Source of the DNA: a virus
Length of the DNA: 64,000 bases
Strand: one strand, 5' to 3'
IMG/VR virus record: IMGVR_UViG_3300046167_000744
Location: 10,373-74,372 of that record
The notes under the pieces are model-generated. The model was not told where the DNA came from, made no database searches, and saw only the letters and a program-made list of their open reading frames with translations. The first letter of the stretch is position 1. Each line of letters begins with the position of its first letter. A program made the translations under genes and the position numbers. Shown here in pieces: positions 19,043 to 29,811 of this stretch.

Positions 19043-20499
19043 ATGCCTAATCAATCAAAGACATTTAATGTGCCACAGGCTGTCCGTGATGCTGCCGAGC
19101 GTGGCTTAGAACTGCGTCGTAAACACGGTCGAGGCTGGTCTTGATGCTAAGCAAGCTAAGAAAGAAGGAGTAGGCTCTGGTGTTCCAGCGAGCCTCTAAT
19201 CTTATGCAAGGCACCGTCTCTTACAAAACTGTTAAGCGTATGTTAGCCTTCTTCAATAGACATAAGGCGTTTAAAGAGCATCATAGCGATAAGACGAGTG
19301 CTGCTTGGATCTCACATATGCTATGGGGCGGCAATCCAGGTTATGCGTGGGCTAAACGCATTGTGAAGCAGGAGGAGAAAGTCGAGAAGGGTAGCTTCCT
19401 AGCTGCTCACTACTTCGGTGACGACTTCCCTGATGAGGAGCTTGAGGAGGAGGCTCAGCCTATCGGTGGTTTTGCGGAGTTACTTAAAGCCGCTCGCAGA
19501 CCTAAAGACTTTATGGATATCGAGGGCAGGAAACGTATTAAAGCTAAAGCTGGTGACGAGACTGATGTTGTCGCTAGTGATGTAAAGCCTGTCGATGCTC
19601 CTAAAGACGCTATACCTGCTGAAGACGAGCCGCCTAGTAGTAAAGAACTCGATGAGGCCCTTAAGGAGTTCGGTGAGGAATCTGACGACGAGGTAGAGAA
19701 GGGTGTAGTGGTTATAGATCTAGTCGGTGACGACGATGAGCTACCTGATACAGAGCCAGCGGCCCCTGTGCCTCCACCTCAAGTTCCTATGCCTATACCT
19801 CCTGAGCCGATGCTCCAAGAGATAGACTTCGTGCCTGACGTGATCGTGACTCCCTATGATCAAGTTAAGATGAAGAAGATAGCTAAGAAAGGCCGAGCTA
19901 TCTATGGCGTTGACAGGGTAGCTAAGAAGCAGGGACTCTATATATGTAGAGGTCAGTGGGACAATGTTGACCTAGATCTAGTTCAGGGCTATCTATCATT
20001 TATAGATGAGCCTGGTATGAAGAAGAATGCGCTCGCTGTAGGTGGCGAAGCCATGCTCGCTGTGATTGAAAAGGCTGAGCCTAAAGTCCCTGCTAAATAT
20101 TTAGAGGGATTGACAGGGCAGGAGCGTCAGAAGCGTAAGCGTGAGATACAGCGTCGGATGAAGGATAAGCAGAGCTATAAAGAGCTGCCAGGTGATAAGG
20201 ACGCTAAAACTAAACCTAGTAAGTATACCCGTAGTAGCTTCGCAGCTAAGGTTCGTGAAGAGATTAAGAAGCCTGGTAAAGATGAGTTCTTACGGGCGGC
20301 AGCTAAAGTGAGTGGTATAAGCAAGACGATACTAGAGGAGTGTTATGATCGTGGCTTGAAGGCTTGGTCGTCAGGAGGTCACCGACCAGGGGCCTCACCT
20401 GCTGCGTGGGCTAGAGCTAGAGTCTACTCCCTGGCTACAGGAGGCAAGACACGAAGCACCGCTGATAAAGACTTATGGGAGAGACATAAGAGAGGCTAG
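19043..20499 (+). CDS. Multi-domain head-associated protein with C-terminal DUF5824-like domain (two apparent extra bases near 19136 and 19185)
   Basis: VPQAVRDAAERGL...VKRMLAFFNRH...LWGG.PGYAWA domain, acidic/Pro linker, then YDRGLKAW.SGGHRPGASPAAWARARVYS. Confidence 0.65.
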
Positions 20500-20952
20500 T
20501 GCGACTAGTGAGCTATCCACTAGTGTTCTAACTTAAAGCTAGTGGAGCTAGTGGGCTATCCACTAGTGTTCTAACCTAAAGTTAGTGGAGCTACTGGACT
20601 ATCCACTAGTGTTCTAACATGGGAATTGCTAGTGGAGCTACTGGACTATCCACTAGTGTCACTAGTAACTTTGGCATTCTAGTGGCAGGGTCTAACCTTA
20701 TGATATAGTTAGCCTATTCGGGCAGAATGCCAAAGTTACCCGAAAACTAAGGATGCCCTGGAGTATATATATATTCTACCCTATTTATATTTATACATAC
20801 TTATATATATATGTTTCTCTGGAACTCTTTAAAAATAGGTAACTTTGGCATTTTGGTCTTTTTCCGTATACATATCACAGGCTTAAGCCCTGCCACCTGT
20901 CTGCCACTTGCCAAGAAGATTCGTGGTTAGAACACATTTGTTGCTCACTAGC
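20496..20952. repeat. Symmetric ori-like element, copy 2 (four repeat units, both arms, AT core)
   Basis: CTATCCACTAGTGT units end at 20532, 20575, 20618, 20665; boxes at 20728-20737 and 20841-20850; TGGCA at 20672/20683; TGCCA at 20891/20902/20909. Confidence 0.92.
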
Positions 20953-21032
20953 TAGGTTAGTGGTATACTAAATTGACTCTAGCACTATGGTAGTCCCTAC
21001 AGACTACCCACCATCTATTAGTAGGAGGATAC

Positions 21033-21782
21033 ATGAAGAAGTTCCTGACGCTTCCTTTTATTAACATCACTACGAGCAGCAAGGCTTGGATCACGTTAGC
21101 CGACCTAGCTACATATCTAGAAATAGGTGAGCAGTCACTGAGGCGCAGGATACTATATTCAGACTCGGCCCCGTTCAGAACTATACGCCCTAAAACCAAT
21201 GAGCTTATAAAAGCTGCCAGGCGCAGTTCCTTTACGGGCAGACCTAACCGACAATACTTTGATTTAGATTTTGCTCTGGCGGCCTGTTTCAGTATGAGTC
21301 ACGAACCAGCTCGCAAGATGCGTGATCAAGTCGTGTATATAATGAACAACCTGTTTTACGACGGGTTCGTCTCTACTAAGAACTACCATTTAAGTATTGA
21401 GGTGCGTAGAGCTATAACAGCCTACGTCTGCGGTGTGGATCATTATTATAAGATCATTGAGGCTCGATGGGACCCGACAGACCAGTGCCACGGCACGACG
21501 CTAGCCCCTCTTGAAGTATCCGTTGAGAAGCTCGTTATCCCAGACTATTACCTGGAACGTGCCGAGATAAGTAAGGTTAAGGCTATAGATTTAGCGATCC
21601 ACTTGATATTAACGCATTGTTATGTAGAAGATAAAGGTTCGGCTTTAGTAGACTTACTTGGTATAATAGGTATCACTGTAGACGCTGGTGTCTGCGGAGC
21701 TGAACAAACCTCTAACATAACGGAATGGGTTAAGGAGCGTTACAACGCTTCCTCCTCTACGATTGGAGATTTAAATGTCTAA
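21033..21782 (+). CDS. RhuM-like DNA-binding protein
   Basis: WITLADLATYL...QYFDLDFALAACFSMSHEPARKMR...DGFV parallels the RhuM pattern WLTQ..MAELF...YYNLD.IIAVGYRV.S..A..FR...KGF; own promoter TGGTATACT at 20961 and AGGAGG RBS. Confidence 0.6.
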   Translation: MKKFLTLPFINITTSSKAWITLADLATYLEIGEQSLRRRILYSDSAPFRTIRPKTNELIKAARRSSFTGRPNRQYFDLDFALAACFSMSHEPARKMRDQVVYIMNNLFYDGFVSTKNYHLSIEVRRAITAYVCGVDHYYKIIEARWDPTDQCHGTTLAPLEVSVEKLVIPDYYLERAEISKVKAIDLAIHLILTHCYVEDKGSALVDLLGIIGITVDAGVCGAEQTSNITEWVKERYNASSSTIGDLNV

Positions 21783-22800
21783 ACATGTTGACCTGTTTTC
21801 GGTATGGACACCGATAGACTTAACCAAAGCACAGGGTGACCCCAATGAACCGCTTAAAGGACCTATCGCTGGGATTGTTAGCACTGAGGGCATAGACCTT
21901 CAGGGCGATACGATTATGCAATCAGGCTGCGATTGGAATTACTTCTTAAGTAAAGGCTGGCTCAACTATGAGCATCAGCAGGGACCTGAGTATATAGTTG
22001 GTTATCCTACCTCCGTGCAGCCTACTGTGCATGAGGGTAAAAATGCTACTATGATCCAGGGCTATCTTTTATTAGATAGGCCTAGAGCTAAAGAAGTATA
22101 CGAATCCGCTAAAGCTATTCAAAAAGCTGGCGATGGACGATCCATCGGATTTAGTGTTGAAGGACAAGTTATACAACGGGATCCTAAAAACCCTAAGAAG
22201 ATAACGAAGGCTCGTATACTAAATGTATCAGTTACTGCCCATCCTGTTAATCCTGATGCTCGACTTGAAGTATTGGCTAGATCTTTGATGGCTTTAGATG
22301 ATACAACAAATACTAGCGATACGTCCGTTGTTAATGATAGACTAACACCAGCTACACAAACTGAAGGGTCAACAATGACTGACGATACAGCAACTAAAGG
22401 TATGGTAGGCTATCAAGCCGCCGCCAAACCAGATCCTGAAGCAGCGCTCTCTGAAATGGCTGCTCAATCACTTGACGGGCAACCCTCATCCGCAACCACT
22501 GGTAGTAAAGACGAAGATATGTCGTCTCTTATGGAAGGCATGATGCGTCGTGTTCTGAAAGAAGAGATGAGCAAGATGATGTCTGACGAAGTGGAAAAGA
22601 TGATGGATCAGGCCAAGGGCTACTACCAGGGCGATAAAGTGTCGGACGCTCAAAAGAGTGCAGACTTGCGACCACCTATGGTATCATTACCTCAGATGCA
22701 GACTTTACTTGGTAAGGTCTTCCCTCAACTTCCTGCTTCTGAGCAACGGTCTATGGCCCGTAAGCTGCTCACTGCAGCTAAAAGTTATCACTCTAACTAA
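21775..22800 (+). CDS. Prohead (maturation) protease
   Basis: GIVST...DLQGD, GWLNYEH, GFSVEG, NVSVTAHPVNPDA. Confidence 0.9.
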   Translation: MSKHVDLFSVWTPIDLTKAQGDPNEPLKGPIAGIVSTEGIDLQGDTIMQSGCDWNYFLSKGWLNYEHQQGPEYIVGYPTSVQPTVHEGKNATMIQGYLLLDRPRAKEVYESAKAIQKAGDGRSIGFSVEGQVIQRDPKNPKKITKARILNVSVTAHPVNPDARLEVLARSLMALDDTTNTSDTSVVNDRLTPATQTEGSTMTDDTATKGMVGYQAAAKPDPEAALSEMAAQSLDGQPSSATTGSKDEDMSSLMEGMMRRVLKEEMSKMMSDEVEKMMDQAKGYYQGDKVSDAQKSADLRPPMVSLPQMQTLLGKVFPQLPASEQRSMARKLLTAAKSYHSN

Positions 22801-22831
22801 CTCTCTCTCATCTCTTTTCTGGAGGATTATT

Positions 22832-23365
22832 ATGTCTGACCAAACTGAACAGACTGTTGACCTTAACCGTATCGAAGGGCTACTTGTTGATCTTAACAAA
22901 AGCCTTTCTGCTCAGCAGGAAGCTGCCGCAGATGCCGATGTTGAAACCAACGACAGTGTAGAAATCATCGCTAAAGGTGCTGACGCTATTATTGCTCAGA
23001 ACAAAACTGCGACTGAGGCTCTCACTAAAGGCATGGACACTATCATGGAAAAACTTGATAGGCTCGATGCGTTCGTAGCTAAGTTTGCTGAACTCGAAGA
23101 TAAAATCGACAAAGGACTTGCCGAGATCGGTGCTATCCCTGACGCTCCTAAAGCTGTCGTCGTTGAAGCTGAGCCAGCTCCTAGCGATGTAGTTGCTGTA
23201 GAGGCCCCTGCTACTATTAACAAAGGTCAAGTTTTAGACCTATGTTTAAATGAGTTGCAAGCAGGCGCTATCGGTGACCGTAAGGTCCAGCTCATGAAGG
23301 GTATCTCTCAACTTGACTCTAACTTTAACCCTGCCGATGTTGCGGCAGCTCTTAACCTCAAATAA
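22832..23365 (+). CDS. Putative scaffold protein
   Basis: Acidic coiled coil between protease and capsid genes; GGAGG RBS supports a start at 22832. Confidence 0.6.
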   Translation: MSDQTEQTVDLNRIEGLLVDLNKSLSAQQEAAADADVETNDSVEIIAKGADAIIAQNKTATEALTKGMDTIMEKLDRLDAFVAKFAELEDKIDKGLAEIGAIPDAPKAVVVEAEPAPSDVVAVEAPATINKGQVLDLCLNELQAGAIGDRKVQLMKGISQLDSNFNPADVAAALNLK

Positions 23366-23379
23366 TAGGAGCGATCACT

Positions 23380-24843
23380 ATGATGATTCCAGGACACAAT
23401 GAAACGGTTAACGTAGAAGACCTCGTTAAATTAAACGATGCTTTACGCAAATCTAACGTCGGCTACCAAACTCCAGCTGGCACTGCTGGTGGCGAAAATG
23501 GCGCTCTTAGCCCACTCGTCCCACAGAGCATCGAAGGTAGCCTCTCATCTGCTACTCACACTATGCAAGAGCTTAGCCTCTGGCCTATGATGCCTAAAAC
23601 CAGCGTCAGCTCAACTCTTCACGAGTATGTAGTTGTTAACGATCACGGCTTTGATATCGACCCCTTCATCGGTGAAGGTGGCGGAGCAGAGCAAGACTTC
23701 GTAACTAACAACAGCCAGTATGAGCGTAAGTCTGTCAAGATCAAGTATATGGCAGAGCGTCGTCAAGTTAGCGACGTAGCTAGCCTCGTAGGTATGATCG
23801 GTGATAACCGTAACGCTATCGCTGAAGAGACTATGCGTGGAACTATGGGCTTGATGCGTAAGGTAGAGCGTCAACTCTGGTATGGTAACGAGAGTCTTCA
23901 AGAGAAGGGTTTCGATGGTATCCTCAAGCAAGTTCGTGACGGCGCTCCTCAGAACGTCTTAGATCTTAAGGGATCTGCACCTACTCCATTACTTCTCCAA
24001 GAGGCTCTTGGCGAGGTTTACTCAGCTCCTAACTTCGGTCGTCCTGACTGTATCTACGTCGAGCCTCGTATGCATGCTGAGCTTATTAAGCAAAGCGTCG
24101 AGTCTGGTCGTCACGATCAGTTCCAGGTAGCTCAGAGTGGTAGCCTTACTTTCGGTCAGTCACAACTTAACATCATGGCTCCATACGGCGCTGTTCCAGT
24201 TAAGGCTGCTCCATTCTTGCACTTCGCAAGCCGTCTCCCTGCAAGTGGATTTGGTTCTTTAGCTCCTGCAGCTCCGACCATCACTTCAGCGGTTCCTGGT
24301 GCAGAGACTGTTGCTGGTAGCTCACAGTTCGTCGCTGGCGATCCTACCTACAAATATGCAGTAGTTGCTGTAGGCGACCAAGGTTTCTCAGCTCCTAAGA
24401 AGTCAGTCCAAATCAATGTTAACGCTGATGAGGAAGTTGTTCTTACTATCGCTGCGACTAACCTCGTTCGTGGTGCTTCACAGGCTCCTCGTTACTACCG
24501 CATCTATCGCTCAGGCGCTAACCAAGACGGAATCGATTCAAGCTATCGCTTGATCGCTGAAATCCCTTGCGCTGGTGGAGCTGCTGCTACTGTCTTTACC
24601 GATCTTGACGACGGTAACAACGGTCAGAAGTATGGCTGCTCACCGATTCTCTTCGCTCAGCACGACCCACAGGTTATGGAGTTTGTTCGTCTCTTAGACT
24701 TCATCCGCCGACCTTTGGCTGAGACCGCTAGCGTTAAGCCTTTCCTACTTATGCTCTTCGGATCACCAGTAGTTAAGGTTCCTGGCAAGATGTTCTTGAT
24801 GGACAACGCTGGACTTAGCACTACTGATCTAATCCGAGCGTAA
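23380..24843 (+). CDS. Major capsid protein (SPO1/Twort-like, with an internal FN3-like domain)
   Basis: ALRKS...G.LSPLVPQSIE, STLHEY, FIGEGG, WYGN...GFDGI, YKYAVVAV..QGFSAP; follows protease and scaffold. Confidence 0.9.
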   Translation: MMIPGHNETVNVEDLVKLNDALRKSNVGYQTPAGTAGGENGALSPLVPQSIEGSLSSATHTMQELSLWPMMPKTSVSSTLHEYVVVNDHGFDIDPFIGEGGGAEQDFVTNNSQYERKSVKIKYMAERRQVSDVASLVGMIGDNRNAIAEETMRGTMGLMRKVERQLWYGNESLQEKGFDGILKQVRDGAPQNVLDLKGSAPTPLLLQEALGEVYSAPNFGRPDCIYVEPRMHAELIKQSVESGRHDQFQVAQSGSLTFGQSQLNIMAPYGAVPVKAAPFLHFASRLPASGFGSLAPAAPTITSAVPGAETVAGSSQFVAGDPTYKYAVVAVGDQGFSAPKKSVQINVNADEEVVLTIAATNLVRGASQAPRYYRIYRSGANQDGIDSSYRLIAEIPCAGGAAATVFTDLDDGNNGQKYGCSPILFAQHDPQVMEFVRLLDFIRRPLAETASVKPFLLMLFGSPVVKVPGKMFLMDNAGLSTTDLIRA

Positions 24844-24866
24844 TAACCGATTGAGGGGATAACACC

Positions 24867-25190
24867 ATGTGGAAATATACTAGACGATTAAGCCTCACTA
24901 ATAGACCCATGAGTCTCAAGCTAGGCAAGTTTACAATCCAGCTCAACGGAGTTGGTGTTATCACCTCTAAGGTTAGTGATGAGCTGCTTCTACAGTTGAA
25001 AGCTAATCCATTGTTTATCTACGTCCCTAAATCTGAGCCTAAGCCTGAAGCAAAACCTGTAGAGGTGGCGAAGAAAGCCGAGGCTGTTAAACAGGTTGCG
25101 GAGTGTGATATACTAGAGGAGCCAAAACCCAGTCGGAAGCGAGCCTCTTCAAGATCACGTCGCAAGTCGTCTACCGACAAGCAGGACTGA
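24867..25190 (+). CDS. Small basic hypothetical protein after the capsid gene
   Basis: GAGGGG RBS; Lys/Arg-rich C-terminus. Confidence 0.7.
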   Translation: MWKYTRRLSLTNRPMSLKLGKFTIQLNGVGVITSKVSDELLLQLKANPLFIYVPKSEPKPEAKPVEVAKKAEAVKQVAECDILEEPKPSRKRASSRSRRKSSTDKQD

Positions 25191-25257
25191 GAAAAAGGGG
25201 GAGGTCAATCGAGCCACTGTAACCCTCATCTTTTATATTTATGAAAGGTCTATACGC

Positions 25258-26223
25258 ATGGCTATCAGAGACTTAATCACCCCTCAGTTCATTAAAGATA
25301 CTTATGTTTTAGGTGTCAACCTCACTCTAGATGATGGTAGCCCGTATCCTGACGTGTTATTTGAAAACGCTATTGATGCAGCTATCAACACCTTAGAGCT
25401 AGAGTTAGGTATCACCTTCGACCCATTTACCGTAAAAGGCGAGAGGCACGACGCTCGTATCGAGCATAAGAATGCTTTCTACCCTTTTAGGTTAGATCAT
25501 AGACCCGTGCGGTCCGTTGACGCTCTCAAGATTACTATAGGCAATGCACCTGAAGTGGTGATGCCTACAGGCTGGGCGGTCAACACTATGGGACAGCACG
25601 GGCAAATCAATCTTATCCCAGCAGGAGAGACACTAGGATCATTCTTCTTCCGTAGTGGCATCCCTCTCCTATTCGGTGATGTATTCTCACCATACAGTTA
25701 CGTCCCAGGCTATTTCTCTATTGATTATACATCAGGCTTCACCTTCATTGAAGGGACTGCGGTTATACCACAGGGCGATGTATCGGTAGAGGTGCCTATC
25801 ACTGCGCCGCTTGAAGGTGTGAAGCCTACAATCAGTCTCACTGTAACGGACGCTCAAGGTGGATCTACGCCTAGAGTTAGACGATCAGGAACAGATAGCT
25901 TCACTATATCAGTCGGGACCGCACCCAATACGGGTGATATGCTTATCAGCTACTCACTACATACCGTAGACCCTGCATTGATCAGGGCTATAGGCTTAAT
26001 GGCCGCTATCGCACCACTTGATATCGCAGGTGATCTTATCGCTGGCGCAGGTGTAGGTCAGTTTAGCGTAGGTGTAGACGGACTAACTCAATCTATCGCA
26101 ACGACAGCCTCGGCCACATCCGCTGGTTATGGCGCTCGTATTATCAGTTACCAGAAACAGCTAAAAGACGTGATGGGTAGCCTCAGAGCTAAATATCGCA
26201 TGATGAATATGTTTAGCGTATAA
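25258..26223 (+). CDS. Head-tail adaptor / neck protein
   Basis: YVLGVNL, IDAAI..LELELGI, GDLIAGAGV...VDGLTQSIATTASA resemble Herelleviridae neck proteins. Confidence 0.75.
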   Translation: MAIRDLITPQFIKDTYVLGVNLTLDDGSPYPDVLFENAIDAAINTLELELGITFDPFTVKGERHDARIEHKNAFYPFRLDHRPVRSVDALKITIGNAPEVVMPTGWAVNTMGQHGQINLIPAGETLGSFFFRSGIPLLFGDVFSPYSYVPGYFSIDYTSGFTFIEGTAVIPQGDVSVEVPITAPLEGVKPTISLTVTDAQGGSTPRVRRSGTDSFTISVGTAPNTGDMLISYSLHTVDPALIRAIGLMAAIAPLDIAGDLIAGAGVGQFSVGVDGLTQSIATTASATSAGYGARIISYQKQLKDVMGSLRAKYRMMNMFSV

Positions 26224-26233
26224 GGAGGCTATT

Positions 26234-27055
26234 ATGGACTTTCCATCAGTAGAACAGAATCTATCGCTAACTAGAGCTGACTTCGATCCAGCTACATTCC
26301 GAAGGCTGATCGCTCAAAAGGGATTGGTCCTAGAGTGGAAGCAATCAGGGGAGTGTCCCTGTCAGCCTAAATCAGTTGATAGAGGTTTTGATCTCACAGA
26401 TATTGATGATGTGGATAGTGGAACGGGTAACTCTATGGGATGCCCAGTGTGCAACGGCACAGGACTCATATATCACTCACCACAGGAGATTCAAGCTATC
26501 GTGACCAATGCAGAGGGGGAATACCTAAACTCTCGTTACGGTGGATATAGAGAAGGCCTAGTGAGCATCACACTCAATCCTGAACACTTGCCTGTCTTTG
26601 GCGACCGCTTTACGCTTAAAGATAGCGTGATGCTCTACCGTGAGACGATCACCATAGAAGAGAATAAGAATCTGTATAAGCTGCGCTTCCCTATCGCTAG
26701 TCGTGACGTAACCTTAAAGACGGGTGAAGAGACTCACGATATCATCTACCTCCATGTTACAGATCCTGATACGGGACTAGCTATTGAGGGAGGGGATCAT
26801 ACAGAAGACTGGCGAGGCGTAAACCAAGGATACGTAGTTACCGCTGACGGTAAGTTCCAGCGTAACAACAGTATTCGCTTCTCGACTGGTATGCGAGTGA
26901 GCCTGACCTACTTTATCCATCCAGCCTACACGGTGGTGAGCTACCCTAACAGTATCCGAGATACTCGCATCCGTAAAAAGTCAAATGTAGATAGGCACCT
27001 ACCTATGCCTGTCCGTGTCCAGGCTAAACTAGAGTTCCTGGAATTGGAGGGATAA
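26234..27055 (+). CDS. Neck / head-closure protein with zinc-finger motif
   Basis: W..S..CPC...CPVCNGTG.IY, DRFTL; position in the module. Confidence 0.7.
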   Translation: MDFPSVEQNLSLTRADFDPATFRRLIAQKGLVLEWKQSGECPCQPKSVDRGFDLTDIDDVDSGTGNSMGCPVCNGTGLIYHSPQEIQAIVTNAEGEYLNSRYGGYREGLVSITLNPEHLPVFGDRFTLKDSVMLYRETITIEENKNLYKLRFPIASRDVTLKTGEETHDIIYLHVTDPDTGLAIEGGDHTEDWRGVNQGYVVTADGKFQRNNSIRFSTGMRVSLTYFIHPAYTVVSYPNSIRDTRIRKKSNVDRHLPMPVRVQAKLEFLELEG

Positions 27056-27726
27056 TGTTTGATCTACACTTTATACACGCTATCAAGAATGGTGTGCGAT
27101 ACTTCTCTAAAGACCGCTTCATGTTTGATCCGTTGTTTCCCAACGTGAGTGATAATATGAAGGCTCGTATGTTTCAGTATCTGCAGGACACGTCTATCAA
27201 GTTTGACGCTGCGTATAATGGAGCTGCTGCCGAGGGCCTACCACTGGTGACAGTGGAGCTAGCGGAGGCCTACTACGACTCTCAAGGTCTAGGCAACCAT
27301 GCTTACTCTGCCAGGGATGATGAAGGTAGAGAGTTTAAACGCTATAGTCTATTCACCTCTCAGGAGGTGCGAGTAAATATCTATGCTAAGGATATGGAAG
27401 GCGTTAGACTCATCCATAAACTGATCCAAGCGACTATGTTATTGTTTCATAAGTCCTTCATCTCAGCAGGTTATCAGAACGTGCTGTATACAGGGACTAC
27501 TCCGTTAGTTCCAGAGTTAGCCCTGGAGGGCGAAGGCTTAAATGTATATGGTAGACAGGTTCGATATGCAGCTCTACACCTTATGGAAATACCTGGATAC
27601 ATCGAAGATCTAAACAGTATCGGTGTATACGATCCATTAATGGATATACAGGTCGCTCTCGACGACACCACTCCTGAGAGTGGAGTTCCTGGAGCTATTA
27701 CGGTATCATCTAACTCAGACTCTTAA
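27055..27726 (+). CDS. Putative tail terminator/completion protein
   Basis: Directly upstream of the sheath gene; PLVTVEL motif. Confidence 0.5.
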   Translation: MFDLHFIHAIKNGVRYFSKDRFMFDPLFPNVSDNMKARMFQYLQDTSIKFDAAYNGAAAEGLPLVTVELAEAYYDSQGLGNHAYSARDDEGREFKRYSLFTSQEVRVNIYAKDMEGVRLIHKLIQATMLLFHKSFISAGYQNVLYTGTTPLVPELALEGEGLNVYGRQVRYAALHLMEIPGYIEDLNSIGVYDPLMDIQVALDDTTPESGVPGAITVSSNSDS

Positions 27727-27750
27727 CTCTCATCAACAGGAGATTTACCT

Positions 27751-29796
27751 ATGCCTTCAAGCATTTTCTTCCAAGGACAGCGTGTCTACCGACCAGGCAC
27801 CTATGTGCGTGTCAACGATACACTCTCCGCTATTTCCGACCTAACTGGAGGCAACATCGCCCTGGTTGGAGACTTCGCAATCTTCCCTCAAGGCGAGATA
27901 CAAACATTCTCTACCTTCGACAGCTTTGTCGAAACCGTCAACCCTGACGGCGTATCTGGACTCTACTATGATGTAGACTATACAGCCTTGGCTGATATAG
28001 CGTTTGACGCTTTGGTAGACGCTAACCAGCAGATCGACAGCCTCTCGATCATCAATACACGAGCTTCAGAGCAGGCCTCTTTCACTAGCAACGGACTCAA
28101 GGTTAAGTCGAAGCTCTACGGACCCGTGGGTAACCGCCTAACCATCACACTAGCTGCATCCTCGGATCGCACAGGTAACGCTGAAGACGACGACTTCTAT
28201 GATATCTTCGTATTTAACGGCGGTCTTGACGCTGTAGAAGAGATGCTCGATATCGGTGACGGTGAGGCTGCTAAGCTCAGCTATGCCTATACCAATGATC
28301 CTGCTGGTGATGCCGATGGTGAGTTTGACTACGGTAGTGTATCAGCTAGAACCACGGCGACTCATATTGAGGTCGAGGCTCGTAAGACTATTGGTAATGA
28401 TGAGATCATAGATGCAGCTAACCAGAACGCTCAAGGCAACTATGAGCTGGTCTTCAATAAGCAAGTTGAAGGCGTGGTATCTATCACCACATTAGGCCAG
28501 CAGGTTGAAGCTACCAACTTTATGGACGTGATCGGCTTTAACCAAGAAGGAACACTCACCACTGAGCGTGTTACCATGCATGATGCTCAAGGTGGTGAAG
28601 TCGGTGATACTTTCACAACTACCAACAGCTTCGTAAGCATCGAGCGCATCATTATCTCTGCTTTAACTGACGGTGACGTTATTCTGCGCTGGTATCCTAA
28701 ATCTACTAAACTTGAAGACGTTGGGGATCTTGAAGGCTGGCTGGCTGACCTTAGTCGCCGTAACAGTGACTTCACTTATGTATCACCCAGCACCGTGATC
28801 ACTGGTGATGAGCTAGACTTTGATTCAGCGCTCAGCTCTATCAACAATGGAGCTAGCTATATCTTCACTACGAATCTGCACCGCATCTCTGAGCGAGCCT
28901 TCAACGCATCCAAGTGGGTAGTTGCTGAGAAGCTCAGTAACACAGCGCCTGCCGTATTTGCATCAGAGCCTCTACTCGGAGGATCTAACGATCCGTCTAC
29001 ACCTATCTCGAAGGTCGAGGAGGCTCTTGAGGCTATCCTTTATAAGAATATCAACATCGTAGTCCCTGCTACTGATGATATCGAGATTCATAAGCTAGTT
29101 AAGCAGCACTGCAAAGATGCTTCTGAAAAGGCTGGCTTGGAGCGTAACGCATGGTTAGGCACCGAAGCAGACCGATCACTTGACTATGTGCATAACATCT
29201 ACGTTAAAGAGCTTAACGACCGTAACTGCGCTGTCGTCTGTCAGGGTGTGAAGCTCGCTAAGAATGGTCGTGAGTTCAGAACACCTTGGTATACCGCACT
29301 AGCTCTAGCATCAGTTCAAGCTAGCACTGCTATCGCTGAGCCTATGACACGCAAGGTTATCCAGGGCATCTCACCGATCCAAACCACTTTCGATCCAGAC
29401 GCTCAAGCTAACAAGGCTATCCGTCTAAGCATCGTTATTCTGAACAATGCTAACGGACCCATCCGAGTTGAGCGTAGCGTGACCACCTTCCGACGCAACC
29501 TCAGTCACCCTGTGTTCTGCGAGGTGTCGGCTAATGAGTCGATTAACACATGTCTTCGCACTTTACGCTCAGCGCTAGATGTATTCATCGGTGGTAAAGC
29601 GACAGGTAGCCAGGCAGGTATTATCGCACGAGCGGCTACAAACCACCTCGACAATCTCAGGGATCGAGGTATTATAGCCAACTACAAAGATGTTTCGGTT
29701 GTGCTTAACGGTGATGTTCTTAACGTCACTTTTGATGTAGCGGCTATTGAACCTCTTAACTTCATCACAGTCCAAGCTAATCTTGGGCAGTTTTAA
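27751..29796 (+). CDS. Contractile tail sheath protein
   Basis: MPSSIFFQGQRVYRPGTY, IALVG, LLGGS, EPMTRK, RSVTT, IEPLNFITV. Confidence 0.92.
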   Translation: MPSSIFFQGQRVYRPGTYVRVNDTLSAISDLTGGNIALVGDFAIFPQGEIQTFSTFDSFVETVNPDGVSGLYYDVDYTALADIAFDALVDANQQIDSLSIINTRASEQASFTSNGLKVKSKLYGPVGNRLTITLAASSDRTGNAEDDDFYDIFVFNGGLDAVEEMLDIGDGEAAKLSYAYTNDPAGDADGEFDYGSVSARTTATHIEVEARKTIGNDEIIDAANQNAQGNYELVFNKQVEGVVSITTLGQQVEATNFMDVIGFNQEGTLTTERVTMHDAQGGEVGDTFTTTNSFVSIERIIISALTDGDVILRWYPKSTKLEDVGDLEGWLADLSRRNSDFTYVSPSTVITGDELDFDSALSSINNGASYIFTTNLHRISERAFNASKWVVAEKLSNTAPAVFASEPLLGGSNDPSTPISKVEEALEAILYKNINIVVPATDDIEIHKLVKQHCKDASEKAGLERNAWLGTEADRSLDYVHNIYVKELNDRNCAVVCQGVKLAKNGREFRTPWYTALALASVQASTAIAEPMTRKVIQGISPIQTTFDPDAQANKAIRLSIVILNNANGPIRVERSVTTFRRNLSHPVFCEVSANESINTCLRTLRSALDVFIGGKATGSQAGIIARAATNHLDNLRDRGIIANYKDVSVVLNGDVLNVTFDVAAIEPLNFITVQANLGQF

Positions 29797-29811
29797 TAAG
29801 GAGCTATAATC

